The notes: generated by a model not told the origin, from the sequence alone. A stretch of DNA of 64,000 bases from Eledone cirrhosa (GCA_964016885.1 OZ024743.1:257176001-257240000), one strand, 5' to 3'; positions 25,290-39,559 are shown, counted from the stretch's first letter. Made by a program: numbers and translations.

Positions 25290-25960
25290 GGAACAAACCT
25301 TGGCAATTAGTATCTGAAACATTACAACCCTTACAGGTAAGGAGCAGGAACTAGTGGGGGATGCCAGATGTTACCAGCTAGATATAGTCAGGTTTTCCAT
25401 GACAAATTCCATGGCTCTGGTACTGTAGTTTTAGGTGGAGGATGGAAACTCCATATTTAAGGTGTGGTGCCAAAAATGAATGCACAGGTGGGAGTGGGGA
25501 TACACACATGGCCTTCGCTGTCAGAATATGCCATGAACTGAATCCCATGGGGGGGGGGGGGGATTTTACTCCTGACATGGAAAGGATTAATTGGAAAGAA
25601 TCACAAGTCCTTGTTACACTTCTGTTCTAATAACGGGCTTTCTATTATGAACACCTTCTTCCAGTGCAAAGACAACTACAATTACACATGGTATAAAGGA
25701 AATCAGGGACAGAGATCAGTAATTGATTTTATTATTGTTTCTGATCCCTTCAATTCTGTGCTGGATATTTGTGTTAAGAGAGGGGCTGAGCTACTAACTG
25801 GTCACCATCTAATTACCTGCAACTTGTGACTACCTAAAGCCAAGAAAACCCACAAAACTGACAGGTCCAGGTTGACCTACAGAATAAAGTAGGAATTTCT
25901 GAGGAAGTACCAGCTAGGTATGTGGTTACTATTGCATCCAAATACCAGCTGGTGACACAG
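25290..25960 (+). mobile_element. Degenerate RTE (Rex3/Expander-like) endonuclease fragment
   Basis: NITTLTGKEQELV..YQLDIV; CSNNGLSIMNTFFQ..YTWY..RSVIDFIIVSD..KRGAEL.TGHHL. Same family as 52960-54386. Confidence 0.8.
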
Positions 25961-26543
25961 ATGTAGTCGAAGAGCAAGATGGTTGGATAACATCCATAAG
26001 TCTGGTTGGCTTCGCTTGGGGATCCAGCCGGATTATTTACAGAAGGTTGCTTCTGATAGGACCCTTTGGAAGACATGTCTGGGGACTAAACCTCCCCAAC
26101 CATCTCAAGAATAATAAGGCAAAAGATAAAAAGAGGGCAAACACTTCTGAAGTAGTATGAAATTGAAAATCTTTGACTAGCTATATGAATAACAGAATGA
26201 ACAAACACTACATTTGTAATAATGTGAATAATAATAGAATTGCATTGACTTACATACATTTTTCAAGTTTTCATTTGTGAAAATATATATTTACAAAAAT
26301 TCAAATAACTATCTTATCTATAAATTCCAAATTTGTTAAAGTTTTTTTCTTAGTTTTTGTTTATTTTCTTTTTTCATAAAGACATTTGGAGATAAATATA
26401 TACTTTAATCAACTGATACATTTTAGTCAAGCAACACACACACACACATATATATACATATATACATACACACACACATATTCATATACGCACACACACA
26501 CACATATACATATACGCACACATACACATATACATATACGCAC

Positions 26544-26574
<31 letters not shown>

Positions 26575-26765
26575 TATATATATACCCAACCAAGCAATAT
26601 ACCCACACATCTATGTAGCAATACATGCAAACTCATACACACATATATATACATGCATACATATACACCTCATCTGAGTGCACACTTATATGAATAAAAG
26701 GCATGAGCACACAAACAAATACATATATAATTTATGGACACATACACTACATTGCATCTGGGCTT

Positions 26766-26799
<34 letters not shown>

Positions 26800-27449
26800 T
26801 TATATTTATAAATCGTCAGTTCTTTTAATGTTAAGTCAATAAATTTATAGTGTGAAATTCTTTACTTATATATATCTTTATGTTCCATTAATCTATTGCG
26901 ATTTTCTTAATGTTTCCTCTCCACTCCAAGATTGTCTTTTATATCATTTTCTTTCTCTATGATTAAACATTCCTCTTCGTTTATTAGTGTAGTTTGTTAG
27001 TGTATTTATCGAGTTCTATTTAACTAGATAGAGCTTATCTCTTACGTTTCTATCTATTTTGATTATTGCTGTTGTTTTTGTTGTTGTTATATGTTTTTAA
27101 GGTTTTCTTTTTTGTTTATTTTGTTATATTTATTCAAATATATTTTCTGCTATAGGTTTCGTATTGTGAAAAGTCAGTAGTGTGAGTGTATGTGTCTATT
27201 TGAAGTAGGTTGACTATTAGTAGCAATATATGTTAGTAAGATGATGTATATTTGTTTGTTCACCTAAATATATATATATATCAAGGAAACAACAAACAGA
27301 TGTACAAAAAGTCTTATTATACATCCATACAGGTCATCATATTTAAGGTCAGTTTTTCATTTTAAAGGACTGGTCACGTCATCAGCAGACCAGGTACTCA
27401 ATGAGGACAGAGTGATTTCACAGGGGACCAGAAGCCAGCATCTCACATT

Positions 27450-28260
27450 GCTGCACCCTACCAGGAGAGGAGATTTCATTGGTATGGACATGTGAAGCAT
27501 ATGAAGGATGACAGCTGTATAGAAAGGTGCATAGTGCTCAAAGTTGATGGAAGCTATGGAATAGGAAGACCTAGAAAGCCCTGAGATGTTTTGATAAAAG
27601 CTTGCACAATTGAACCTCTCAAAGGCAATGAGATGGGACCGTGATCTCTGTGATTATGCAGTAATGCAGAAGATCCACCTTCCCTTGTGCATGGGTTGAG
27701 ACATATATCTAGTAAGTACCACCTTTCCTTCTATCACCCCTCGCATGTCATAACAGCCCATCCACATCCTAACACTCCACCCATGTTGTAACACCCCACC
27801 TACATCCTAACACTCCACCGATGCCATAACACCATACCCCTCACCCACACCCCCAAATTTACCTACCCAATCCCCCATGCACCACCCTCACTCAAGTTCA
27901 CACTGTAAAATGATCGTTTTGGTGCCACAACAAAAAGTGCCTATTAAACACTGTAAAGTAGTCATGTACGTATCACAACAAAAAATGCCCAGTCCACACT
28001 GTAAAGTGATGTTGTAGGTGACATGACTAAACGTGCCCAGCCTATACTGTAAAGTGTTTTTGTAGGGTTCAAGACACAAAGCACCCAGTACACACTGTAA
28101 ATGTGGTTGGTGTGAGGAAGGGCATCCAGCTGTAGAAACCAAGCCAAAATCAGTTCTGTATGAGCAAGACATAGTCATTTGACCAGGTTTGTCTCAATGG
28201 GACAACTCGTCTAACCCATGCTAGCATGGAAAATGGACATTGAACAGTGATGATCATGAT
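27450..28260 (+). mobile_element. Old RTE 3' fragment with an expanded 3'UTR repeat
   Basis: WYGHVKHMKDDSCI..GIGRPRK remnant, repeated cacactgtaaa units, gggcatccagctgtagaaac and ccatgctagcatgg tail. Confidence 0.75.
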
Positions 28261-28264
28261 CTAT

Positions 28265-28298
<34 letters not shown>

Positions 28299-28769
28299 GT
28301 ATATATACATATACATATACACACATACACATACATACACATTTGTACATATATTTGTTCATATATTACAACTCTACATACCCACCACCACCACCCAGAG
28401 ATGCACATACTTATTCAGATACATAAAGTACATATATTTCATAGAGTACTCATCTAGATGAACATATATCTTATACCTTCTTTTATCTCTAAGTTAGTAC
28501 AGTGTGCATAGTGTATATAAACCTAGAAACAATCTTGAGAAGTTATTCCTAAAAAAGAGATATCTTTAAAAATAATTATACAAACAAAAATAATATAAAA
28601 TAAATAAAATCAATTCTCCTTTTAATCTGTAAATAAGTATTTTGATTTTTATATTATTTTCTTTTTGTGTTAGCCAAAATCTCAATTTCATGACATTAGA
28701 AAAAAGATTTGGTGCAATGCAAGTGAAGTCCTATATTGGGTTAAAACATGATGAGAGTGTGTATGTGAG

Positions 28770-28778
28770 TGTCTGTAG

Positions 28779-28810
<32 letters not shown>

Positions 28811-28866
28811 AAATATATATATATATGTGTATATATATGTACATATACATACATTGACACACATAC

Positions 28867-28961
<95 letters not shown>

Positions 28962-29000
28962 TATGTACGTATACATATATACACACACACACATACACAC

Positions 29001-29059
<59 letters not shown>

Positions 29060-29205
29060 TATACATATATATACATATGCATACATATATATATGTGGGT
29101 GTTTACATTTATATGGGTACATATACGTATTTATATATATGTGTATCTATATGTGTATATATGTGTATATATATGTGTATCTCTATATGTATGTGTGTTT
29201 GTATG
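28770..29205. repeat. Long compound (TA)n microsatellite
   Basis: Directly visible. Confidence 0.95.
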
Positions 29206-29491
29206 TATTATTGATCTTTTAATTGTGATGTTTTCTCCTTGGTATATTTATGTATACATGCTCACTGTTGTTTCTAGTTAACACTTCCACTTAAGGCAAC
29301 TTTTTTCATTTGAAGAGGAAGGTGAATTCAGAAAAAAGTTGTTTTTCACTCTCTCACTTGCACATCTCTCCCTCTTACTACGTTTTATATTTTTATTCTT
29401 TTAGAGAAGTTATACATTATTTGTAGATGTATGGAAATAGACTTTAGAAATTTCATGTTAATTTCAATCAATTTGCTTCCCTTTGTTTTGG

Positions 29492-32400
29492 ATTATTATT
29501 ATTATTATTATTATTGTTATTGTTATTCTTTGAATCTCAGTCATTGATGTTGGTTAACTGGAAAGTCCGTTGGATTGAATATCAAGCCACTACCTGCAGC
29601 CTCAGATATTCAGGACGTATCGGAGGGTTCTTGCTGTTCCAAGCAAGCATGCCTTTTGAAGCGTTCCAAAAAGCGTGAAGGGGCCGATTTTCTTTAACCA
29701 TCCCTGGAAACCTTTGGAGATAGTCCCCAGTGCGCCTATGACAATCGGGATCACTTTGACTTCATGGCAGTTCCAAATCCTTTTCACCTCCCACTTTAGG
29801 TCCTGGTATCGGTTAATTTTCTCCCTCTCCTTCTCTTGCACTCTCGTGTCGAATGGGCAGGCCACATCCACAATCAGGCACGATCTTTTTTCTTTGTCCA
29901 CAACCACCAGGTCAGGTCTATTGTGTTCCAGTTTGTTGTCCGTCTGTATCCTAAAATCCCACAGCACCTTCACCTGACTGTTCTCCATCACCGCCTCTGG
30001 CCTATGCTCATACCATTTCTCAGAATGTGGTAGATTGTTTACTTTGCACAGGTGCCAGTGGATCACCCTGCCCATCACATCGTGTCTCCAGCCCTTATAG
30101 TGGGTCTGGGCTAGGTGTTTACACTCGGACACAATGTGAGCCACAGTCTCCTCTCTCTCTCTCTCTCCACAGATCCTGCACAGTGGGCTAGCTTCCTCCT
30201 TGTAGATATGGTGCTTCAACCACCTCGTTTTGAGGGCCTGCTCCTGCGCAGCCATTAGCATTCCTTCTGTAGCCTTTTTGAGGTCTCCTCTTCTCAACCA
30301 GTTCCATGTCAGTGGATCTCTAAATTCAGTTTTCTCAAAGAAGGTACTATGAAGGGATTTTCCCTTAAGGCTGCTCTTCCTCCTTGATGTTATTTCCTCC
30401 TTGGATATCCCCTGGCCTACTGTCCCCTCCTTCAGTACAGCTCTGAGCATTGGCTCCTTACTATAGGTCACGTATTTGTATAGGTTGTTTTTCTCCATCT
30501 GAACACAGTCCTCTATGCTGATAAGACCTCTTCCACCCTCAGATCTCCTTAGGTAGAGTCTATCGACATCACTCCTTTTGTGGAACATGTTGTAGATAGT
30601 CAATATCTTCCTAGTCTTCCTATCCATTTCTTTTTGTTCAGCAACATTCCATCTCAGAATTCCCGCACTGTACCTAATAATAGACACAGCTCGGGAATTT
30701 ACTGCGCTTATGGCATTTCTGCTGTTCAGATGTGACTTCAATACGCTCCTTACTCTCCGAATGTATTCAGTTCTTAACAATTCCTTCATTTTTTGTTCTT
30801 TATGCCATCAGCCTCCAGAACGCCCAAATACTTGTATCCTTCCTCAGAGTCAATTTCCTTTATCATCTCACCTGTTGGTATCTGGATTCCGTTACTTCTG
30901 CTCAACCTACCCCTCTTCATCACAATGACTCCACATTTACCAATACCAAACTGCATACATATATCACTGCTGAAAATACGGACAGTGTCAACAAGCACAT
31001 CCAACTCCTTCTCACTTTTCCCGAAGAGCTTAAGATCGTCCATGAAGAGGAGGTGATTGATGGTAAGCTCTCCCCTTCCCAACTTGTATCCTGCTCTCAC
31101 TTTTCGCAGCATAATGGTCAAGGGCATCAGGGCAAGGACAAACAACAGAGGGGACAGGCTATCTCCCTGGAAGATACCTCTCTTGATCTTCACGCTTCCC
31201 AAGGATACTCCAGTTGATGTCAACTCTGTCTCCCAGGACCCCATACTCCTGTCCAGCAACTGTCTGATGTTATCTGCCACCCTGAAGATCTCCAGGCTTT
31301 TGGTGATCCAGGAATGAGGCACCATGTCAAATGCCTTTCTGTAGTCTATCCATCCCATGGCAAGATCAGTGTGTCTCCTCCTGCAATTCCCCATTACCAT
31401 CTTATCAATAAGCAACTGGTCCTTTGTACCACGTGACTTCTTTCGGCATCCTTTCTGTTCGTCCGGTAAAAGTTGTTTGTGTGGAGGTGATGGTAGATTT
31501 CCTCAGACACAATGCTCGTCAACAGTTTCCACATTACGGGCAGACATGTGATAGGTCTATAGTTGGTAACATCATTACCCTTGATTCGGTCTTTCATTAT
31601 CAGAACTGTGGTACCTTTTGTCAACCACTCTGGCACCTCACCCGACACCAAGCAGCCATTGAACATGGCCGTCAGCTTCGGGTGGAGGGATGTTAAATGT
31701 TTAATCCAATACCCCTGCACACCATCTGCGCCTGGTGATTTCCAGTTGGTTAGTTTTTGGCTTGCCCCTTAAGAGTTTCAACTGTGATACTCAAATCAGT
31801 CTGTTGTTGTGCCTGCTCACCGATCTCCCTCTGTACTGTCTCAATCCACCCTGCCTGGGCATTGTGTCTAACATCCTGCTCCCATATTCCTCTCCAGAAT
31901 GTTTTAGCTTGTTCCGCCCCAGGGATCAAGTCGTTGCCTCTTTCTTTCCCCTCAAGCTGTCCAAACAGCATCTTCTGGTTGTTGTCGAACATGCGGTTCT
32001 GTTTATACTGACTGACTCTGTTCTCGTATCGCCTGATTTTGGCACTCTTTGCTACAATGCGTTGCTTCAATTCCTCTATGATAATATTTAGCTTTTTACT
32101 CCTAGTTTTGTATTTTATTTCCAGTCTATTTTTAGTGCCTATGTTTTTTAGTGTCCCATTCAGTAGTGACTCAAGCTTTCCTATGTCATTTCTCATTTCC
32201 CCAATTTGCCCACTCAGTCGCTTCTTCCACCACGGCTCTGCTCTTTCTTGTCTGTTGTTTCCTCTCGCTTTTATACCAAGTAGTTTCCTCACCGTATTTG
32301 CTGTTGCTTTGAGGATATTGTTGCACTGGTGAAGACTCCTCGCCTCAAGGTATGGGATGACTTTGTTTACCTTAGCTGTTGTTTCTTTTAACTTTTTCCT

Positions 32401-33162
32401 GTCTACAAATCTTAGGTTCATAGGTCTCCCACTATCATTGTTCAACTCATCTACCACTAAATTTAGGATGTCAACCGAATCTTGTCCTAGCCCGTCAGCA
32501 TTCATCTCCTCAGTGGCCGTATCTCTGTTCCAGGTATTATTTATCTCAGTATTCAGATCATTGTCTGCTTCGGGTGGTTCCTCCGTTCTCAGGACCTCCT
32601 CACCTTCATTTCCCGCCGGCTCGCTTGTCTGGCATACTACACCCGCCATCTCCAAGCCATTCTCTCTGCTCAGTTCCTCCAGTTCCAGCTCGCTTATCCA
32701 CCCATTAGTTCTTATTACCCGCGCCTGCCCGGCCAATTTTTGTTCATCTAATTTAAATAAACCAATCTCGTTCCAGATGTTATGCATCCGTCTCCTGTAG
32801 CCCCTCTCCTTGGGGTTACTTTTCAGGTAGCATTGCATAACAGTTCTATTCAATTCTTTCGTCCAGTTGGTTCTGGCCCCTTTCCTTCTTCTTCTTCCTC
32901 CAACATCAGCAGTATTTGGTTGACAGTCAGGTTCCTGCTGCTGAGCCAGGGGGCACCTGTTGGGTGAGAGTCTGTCACATGACGTTCTAGTCTCCATTTC
33001 ACCGTTATTCGAACTGTTTATGTTCGATATTTAAACACTCTTATCGAGGATTGGCGAATGTATTGGATCCGCCATCCCACTTGGCCCTTGTGTGGCATTA
33101 TCACCACGCTGTATACGAACACACATAAACAAACAAACACACGGGCAGAAAGGGCCCCAAAA
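29492..33162 (-). mobile_element. R4/Dong-clade non-LTR retrotransposon (RT plus restriction-like endonuclease), near full length, about 3 frameshifts
   Basis: N-terminus WTKELNRTVMQCY..GYRRRMHNIW (31750-32997); [48 protein letters not shown]; C-terminal CRICG..HIVSEC, RHD, RPDLVVVDK..IVDVACP..EREKINRYQDL; (AAT)n at the 3' end. Confidence 0.95.
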
Positions 33163-33189
33163 ATGAATGAATGAATGAATAAGCATAAG

Positions 33190-33830
33190 TTTCATTGTAA
33201 TGTAGAATTCGAATGTCTGACTTAGTTTTTGTTTTTTAAGTTTTACTTTCCCCCCCCTCTTCTCTGTCCGTCCGCTTGCTTCTCTCTTCATTCTTATTTT
33301 CTTTACGTTTTGGGGGTTTCTTTTTTTGTTTTTGTTTTTCTCTGTTTGTTTTTCTCGTTTTTTGCTGTTGTTGCTGTGTTGCTTTGGTTTTGTTGTTTGT
33401 TTTTTCTTTTTTCTTTTGAGTCTATCTATATATTTTGATGCCTTCCTCTTTGTTAGTAGTAGGAATTCTATAATGTGGAAGTGGCAGCCAGCAGAGACTG
33501 GCGGCGTTGGCGATACTGAGACAGTGGTGGTGGTGATGTCGATACCGAGGCAGTGGTGGCGGTGATGCGACCGTATTACTGTAGTGATGGTGCTGTAGCG
33601 GTGGCAGCAGTAGTGAAGGAGTCAAGGGGTGGTGGCGGCGGTGATGGGATAGTGGTGGTAATGATGGCCGTAGTGAGCGGTGGCGGTGAAGGTGAAAATG
33701 CTGTTGTGTTTAGTGTACACAGATGATGGGGTGGGTGGTGTATCTAGTTTCTGGTGTTGGTGAGTTTAGCTGTCCTATATAGTGTAGCCAGAGGAGAGGG
33801 GGGGGGATTCTTCTTCTTCCATTTATAGCC
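33190..33830 (-). promoter_or_regulatory. Candidate TATA promoter and 5'UTR-like leader
   Basis: TATAAAT at 33827-33821 (minus), followed by a CpG-enriched (CAC/CGC)n tract and an A-rich tract. Could instead be the 5'UTR of the R4 element. Confidence 0.3.
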
Positions 33831-34053
33831 ATTTTTTGGGGGGATATACAGTGTACAATACAAAGTTGAATATTTGAATATTTGAGCCTTATAACAATAT
33901 ATTTTGGGTCCGAATTTTTTGGGGCTCAAGCCGGGTGCTTTACGTAGCATTTGTACTAAGAGTTGTTATTTCACAAATGATTTAAATATGTTAAAAATTC
34001 AAAACTTACGGGAGCGATTTCATGACCTCCGTCACCTCGTGCGTCTTCTTCCC

Positions 34054-34115
<62 letters not shown>
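34054..34115. repeat. (TTA)n microsatellite
   Basis: Directly visible. Confidence 0.95.
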
Positions 34116-34116
<1 letters not shown>

Positions 34117-34117
34117 T

Positions 34118-34465
34118 GGAGGCACATGGCTTAGTGGTTAGAGCATTGGCCTTGCAATCGAAAGGTTGTGAGTTCAATTCTCAGACCGGGTGATGTGTTG
34201 TTTCCTTGAGCAAGACACTTTATTTCACATTGCTCCAGTTTACTCAGCTGTAGAAATGAGACGATAGGGACTGAGGTCCATATCATTCCACTGCAAAGTG
34301 GTCGTGGAGGTCCCACAGTAAAAAAGCACCCAGCACTCACTGTAAATGAGGTTGGTGTTAGGAAGGGCACCCAGCTATAGAAATCAAGCCAGAATCAGTT
34401 CCCGTCCCACCCTTGCAAGCAGGGAAAAAGCGGACGTAAAATGAAATGATGATGAATGATGATGA
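34118..34465 (+). mobile_element. CORE-type tRNA-SINE with RTE tail, family A
   Basis: Near-identical to 2567-2907. Confidence 0.9.
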
Positions 34466-34557
34466 TTACTATTGTTATAGCTACTATTACTTTAATTACT
34501 CGTACATTTTAGTGCATAACCCCCCCCCCCCCCACACACACACACACACACATACAC

Positions 34558-34571
<14 letters not shown>

Positions 34572-34588
<17 letters not shown>

Positions 34589-35020
34589 AATGAAATATTG
34601 TGTACAGTGCTCAGGTGCACTACAACTCATCAAAAAGTGTATGTATAGTACATAGGGTAATGTACAAACGTCAGGAAAATGAACAGTGCATGAGTCATGA
34701 TATACACATGTGTGCATGTGTATGAAAGGGGGACATCAGGTGTAGTTTTGGAGAATTTCGGGAAGTATGAGGGTTTTAAAGGATGCAGTGTCTCGGCAGC
34801 TAACAACTGACGCAGGCAGTTTGTTCCATGCTTCAGCAACTCTGAGTGTGAAAAGATGTTTACAAAAGTCATGGGAGCTGTGCTATTTTCTGATTTTGTA
34901 GGCATGTCCGCGTGTGTTAGATACATGGAGATTAAAAAGGTGTTCAGGGTTGTTGTTGACGAGATGGTTAATAACTTTGTGGGTGTTTACCAAGTCCATT
35001 GCCAGACGTCGGGGCTTCAA
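34572..35020 (-). mobile_element. CR1-group LINE 3' end
   Basis: Translates as RRLAMDL..HK..LF..SNTRGHAYKIRK*..FTLRVAEAWNKLPASVVSC..FK, the typical CR1-group ORF2 C-terminus; (TTA)n tail. Confidence 0.8.
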
Positions 35021-38000
35021 TGAATATATATATTGTATATATATATGAAGGATTGCATTGGCAATTTTCTTTTTGCATGTATGTGTATATAAATGTGCAA
35101 ATTGATTTAAATGTATATCTAATACAGAAAAATAGAAAAGCAATCCTGAATGTTCTAGTCTCAATTTCTAAGACATACTGTAAATGGACAGGTGATTTGT
35201 ATGAATGATTATTATGATCATTGGTTGAAGAAGTGGCAAGGTGTTACAGAAGAGAAAGGCTAAGGAAAATCTGGGCATAATTAGTGAGAGCTCTTTCCGT
35301 AACACAGAATCTTACAGAGGAGATGGTAAAGGAATCCAGCAAACAGAAGGGAAGCTGTGCTGGAGAAGACAGATGACATAGGTAGAAATAGTTTGAGCCA
35401 ATCCTCACAGAGTTGATGGCAAAATAATGTGACAAGTGGAAGGATGCTTCAGTCGAAGATGGTATAGGAAAACCTAGGTAGAAGTGGTCAGAGCTGATCA
35501 CAGAACAGTGGAGATTACAGAGGGAGGAGATGGCAAAGGAATGCAACAGGAGGAAGGTAGATGCAGTAGATGAAAGTGAAAGTAAACTTAGGCAGAACAC
35601 TGAAGCTTACAAAGTTGATAGTGAAAAAATACAACTGGAAGTAAGCTGTGCTAGAGAAGAATTGCAAAAATAAAATTGATGATGATGATGACTTGAAGTA
35701 TATTAATCAAATTGCTATTATAAACAGTATCAGAAAGAGCTTAGTATTCATAGCTGAAATGTACAAAGTTTCTCATTTGTATTTCATCACCCTTTGCATT
35801 TTGTTTGTTGTAGCCATCATCTCATCATTAAAATTCAGGCCAATTCCCTTGAATAATGATGTATCATCTGTTTAATTCTATACATAATTGGGCTGAGAAT
35901 GCAATAGCCTGGCAGAACATAATATCCCAGTATTACTTTAGGTTTATTCTTCAATATATGTTTCTGTGACCAAATGAATAGTTTGTTCTGGATGTCGACG
36001 TGAAATGTATACCATTGAGGATTACAGTAGAAAAACCTATTTATTGTTGAAGTACATAAGGTACTTTTACAAAAGATTGGTTTCTATTATTTATTCAATG
36101 GCTGAATTGTAATTTTCTTTTACTCAATCTAATTACAAATCTACAAGCAATTTGGAGTTTTCATTTTGATTTCAATACAAGAAAATTGGAAGTTTCTATT
36201 GGGTAGGAAACCTTTTGATCCTTAAAGATACATTTTGAAAAGGCGAGGATTAATTTCTTTGAAAGCGCCAGTAAATCTTATACCAACGACCAGTTAAATC
36301 TTTGACAATTTTCAAATTGATGGTTGAAACTAATTATTTATAGATTTCATTATCATTGTGGCTAATTCAAACCTATTTTCCTTGGTTTCTCTTATTTATC
36401 TTCTTCATAACATTGTTAAGATGTGGTAATTAATCAAGGAAAACTGATCTGTTCTCTTTATTCCTTGCCAAAGATTTAAAACATTTCAGCAATTATATTA
36501 AATCCAGTAAAGCTTTAATAGCTATGAGTTGGTTTTCCATACTAAATCTATATAAATTATTGTTATCATTAAATCCTAACAAGGTCAGCTTTGCCTTTCC
36601 TCATTCCAGAGTACTAGTCATGAGAGAGTGGGGTCAATGGAATCACCTTTCTCCCTCCTCACAAATTGTCAACCTTGTGCCTAAATTAGAAATCATTATT
36701 ATTTTTTCATTAACATTATATATTTTGTATTTTACTGGTTTCAACCATTAAACTCCAGCTACGCTGAGGCAATGCCTTCAACTGATTTAATTGATCATAT
36801 CAACTTCAGTTTTTATGTTTTCAATTCTGGTATTATTTGACTGGTTGCTGAGTCTCAGGACATAAACAAAAACAGTCATAAAAAACACACACCTATGGAC
36901 GTCCACACAGTTTATGTCTACAAAATTACTCTCACAAGGTATTATTTAATCCAAAGCTGTAGTAGAAGTCACTTGCCCAAAGTGTTACAATGAAATTGAA
37001 TCTGGAACCATGTAGTTGCATTGTGAACTTTTTAACCCCACAACCATGCTTATGGATACTTTTTCTGCAAAACTGCACTCAGAATTTTGCTACCTGACTA
37101 CATATAGGAATTTTTGTTGTAGTGTATGGCATTTTTATTGTATTTAAAGTGCTGTATGTAATATGTAAAAATATAGTAAGAAAAGAGTTTTAGTGTTTCA
37201 GATGTTATTCCTTCTTTGGAAGATAGAATGAAAAATAGACGAAAGTAGAAAAGAAACAAATGGAAAAAATCTTTTTACAGGAGGAATTCATTTCATTTGT
37301 GTATTTAATCAATCATTAAAGACAGCAATGCCAAGTAGTGCTATTTTCTTTATGTTACACATATATCTAGGTTCTGAAGATGTGGTTATGTATTTTTATT
37401 GTACTCAAAGTACCCAATGTGATATATATGCAGGCATGGAGAATTATGGAAAAGGAAGATAATGATGGCATAACACTCACAATAATGTAAAACTTCAGTC
37501 AAAGTTTGAAATTTTCTGTTTTATTAAACACAATATCATTCCAAACTAATGGATATAAAACAACATACTTATTTTGTCAACTAAAGGTTATTATATGACA
37601 TAGTATGTGAAAGCATTTGACCTAGTGCTTGATGCGTTTGACTTACAATTATAGGGACATGGATTCAATTCCTGGACTTGATGAGATCTTGTGTTCTTGA
37701 TCAAAATGCTTTACTTCATGCTGCTCCTTCTGTTAAGAGTTGTGATTGGTAGATAGTAACAACAGAAGCATTGTTTCCTCAGTAAGCAGTAAATATAATA
37801 TATAATATAATAAAGAATTATAATGAAATTGTGGAAGATGGAAACCAAGGAAGTTGTGGGCAGAAATGTTGAAAGTCACCAAGAAGATGTCACAGGAAAG
37901 AAGAAAGGGGAGGGAATCTGTAATGGAGAGAACTTGTCTAATCCAAGTAAGCATGGAAAAATGGAGTTGAAGATGATAGTAGTTATGATGGTGATGATGA

Positions 38001-38738
38001 AAGAATATATATCTTTAAAACAAACCATGAAAAAATACATAGAACTGAGATGCCAAATAACATAAATGCCAAATGTAAATCAACTGTAAAATGGTTTTAT
38101 TTTATGTTATCGGCAAAAGAAAAAATATTTCCCCTCAATGCTTATATGCAAAGTGATTCCAAATTAACAAAGTTGATCTTGTCAGTTCCATGAGGGATTT
38201 AATACCATCTTCAAAATGTCGAACCATATTGTTGGGTCGGGTGGCATGTTGAGGTAAAATTTCCAAAAGAATAATCTAGAAAATAAACTGCTGCAGAAAA
38301 AAATTCCTTTTTTTAAATGTCATTGTCGATGAATAGCATGCTTTGTCAGCATCTCTGTCTATATTTGACATTGACATCTATAGCAAAGATTAGATAACTA
38401 TCGCAATACAAAGGTCTGAAGACAAAGATATTGATGACCAGAGTTAGGCTTACATGCCAATTACGCCATCACAATTAGTATATGGTGTAGTATTTTAGAA
38501 ATAGGCAAACATGAATATGGAGAAGAATGGCATTTATAAATCTGGCTTCTTCCGTTTCGGCTTCTAAAGAAACAAACATTTTAAGAACTTTGGCATGGTT
38601 GATGCCATTTCAAAATGTCGTTAATTGTATGGAAATCTTAATGTCGATCTTTGGATATCGATTTGCCTACATATACACACATACACATCATCAACATTTA
38701 ATGTCTATTTTCCATATCATATAGATATTATATCTAAA

Positions 38739-38770
<32 letters not shown>

Positions 38771-38849
38771 CAGGGTGTCCCCCAAAAATGTATATATACT
38801 TTGATTAGAATGGTGTTGAAGTGTGTATCAATTTTTGGGGGACACTCTG
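38771..38849. mobile_element. 79-bp Tc1/mariner-type MITE
   Basis: TA|cagggtgtcccccaaaaa ... tttttgggggacactctg|TA terminal inverted repeats. Confidence 0.8.
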
Positions 38850-38863
38850 TATATACATACATA

Positions 38864-39022
38864 CATCATCATCATCATCATCATCATCATCGTTTAACGT
38901 CCATCTTCCACGCTTGCATGGGTTTGGACGGGAGTTTTCCCACTTGAGGCAAGATTGGTTGTCTTGCTCATATAGGACTGTCTGGCGGGTTTTCTACGGC
39001 AGGATGCCCTTCCTAACACCAA

Positions 39023-39023
<1 letters not shown>
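38864..39023 (-). mobile_element. RTE 3' tail fragment, subfamily of 7757-8857
   Basis: Reverse complement of 8715-8857 with a (GAT)n tail. Confidence 0.85.
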
Positions 39024-39077
<54 letters not shown>

Positions 39078-39358
39078 CTCTCCTTTGGTATTGAAATATT
39101 TTTACTGTTTCTCATATCTCAATGTATGTTGAATTACTTATAGACACAATACTTACTATATATCATCATTATTTATCTTTAGCTTCCCCTAGTAGGACAT
39201 ACACACACAATTTATCATTTCGTATTACCAGTTTTAATCAGTGTACTGATGAGATACTGAAGCAGCAAGGACTATCTTAATGCAGTACTTATTTTATCAA
39301 TCTTTGTTCACAAACAGCTAAGTTATGTGGCAAAAAGTCAAAAAGGGACACAATACTA

Positions 39359-39395
<37 letters not shown>

Positions 39396-39559
39396 CACAC
39401 ACATATATATATATACAAACACATTATATATATATAAACATTTTTGGTCATTTTGGAAGCCTCAACAATGCAGATGGGTAAATCTCCAGGTAACAGAATC
39501 CGGTGGTGAAGAGAGAGATGTAAGAGGAAATGTAGAATGAGATGTATAGTGTGTAGAGG

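Noticed and set aside
28688-29281. Many overlapping [10 protein letters not shown] ORFs (also at 937, 10361-10843, 12023-12461, 26386-26697 and 46251-47258)
   Set aside because: Stop-free translation of dinucleotide microsatellites.
36344-36425. Hydrophobic exon-like frame ISLSLWLIQTYFPWFLLFIFFITLLRC
   Set aside because: T-rich sequence naturally translates as hydrophobic; no supporting neighbouring exons.
39246-39253. Isolated CTGATGAG
   Set aside because: No stem II/GAAA/stem I context; a 7-8-mer is expected by chance in 64 kb.
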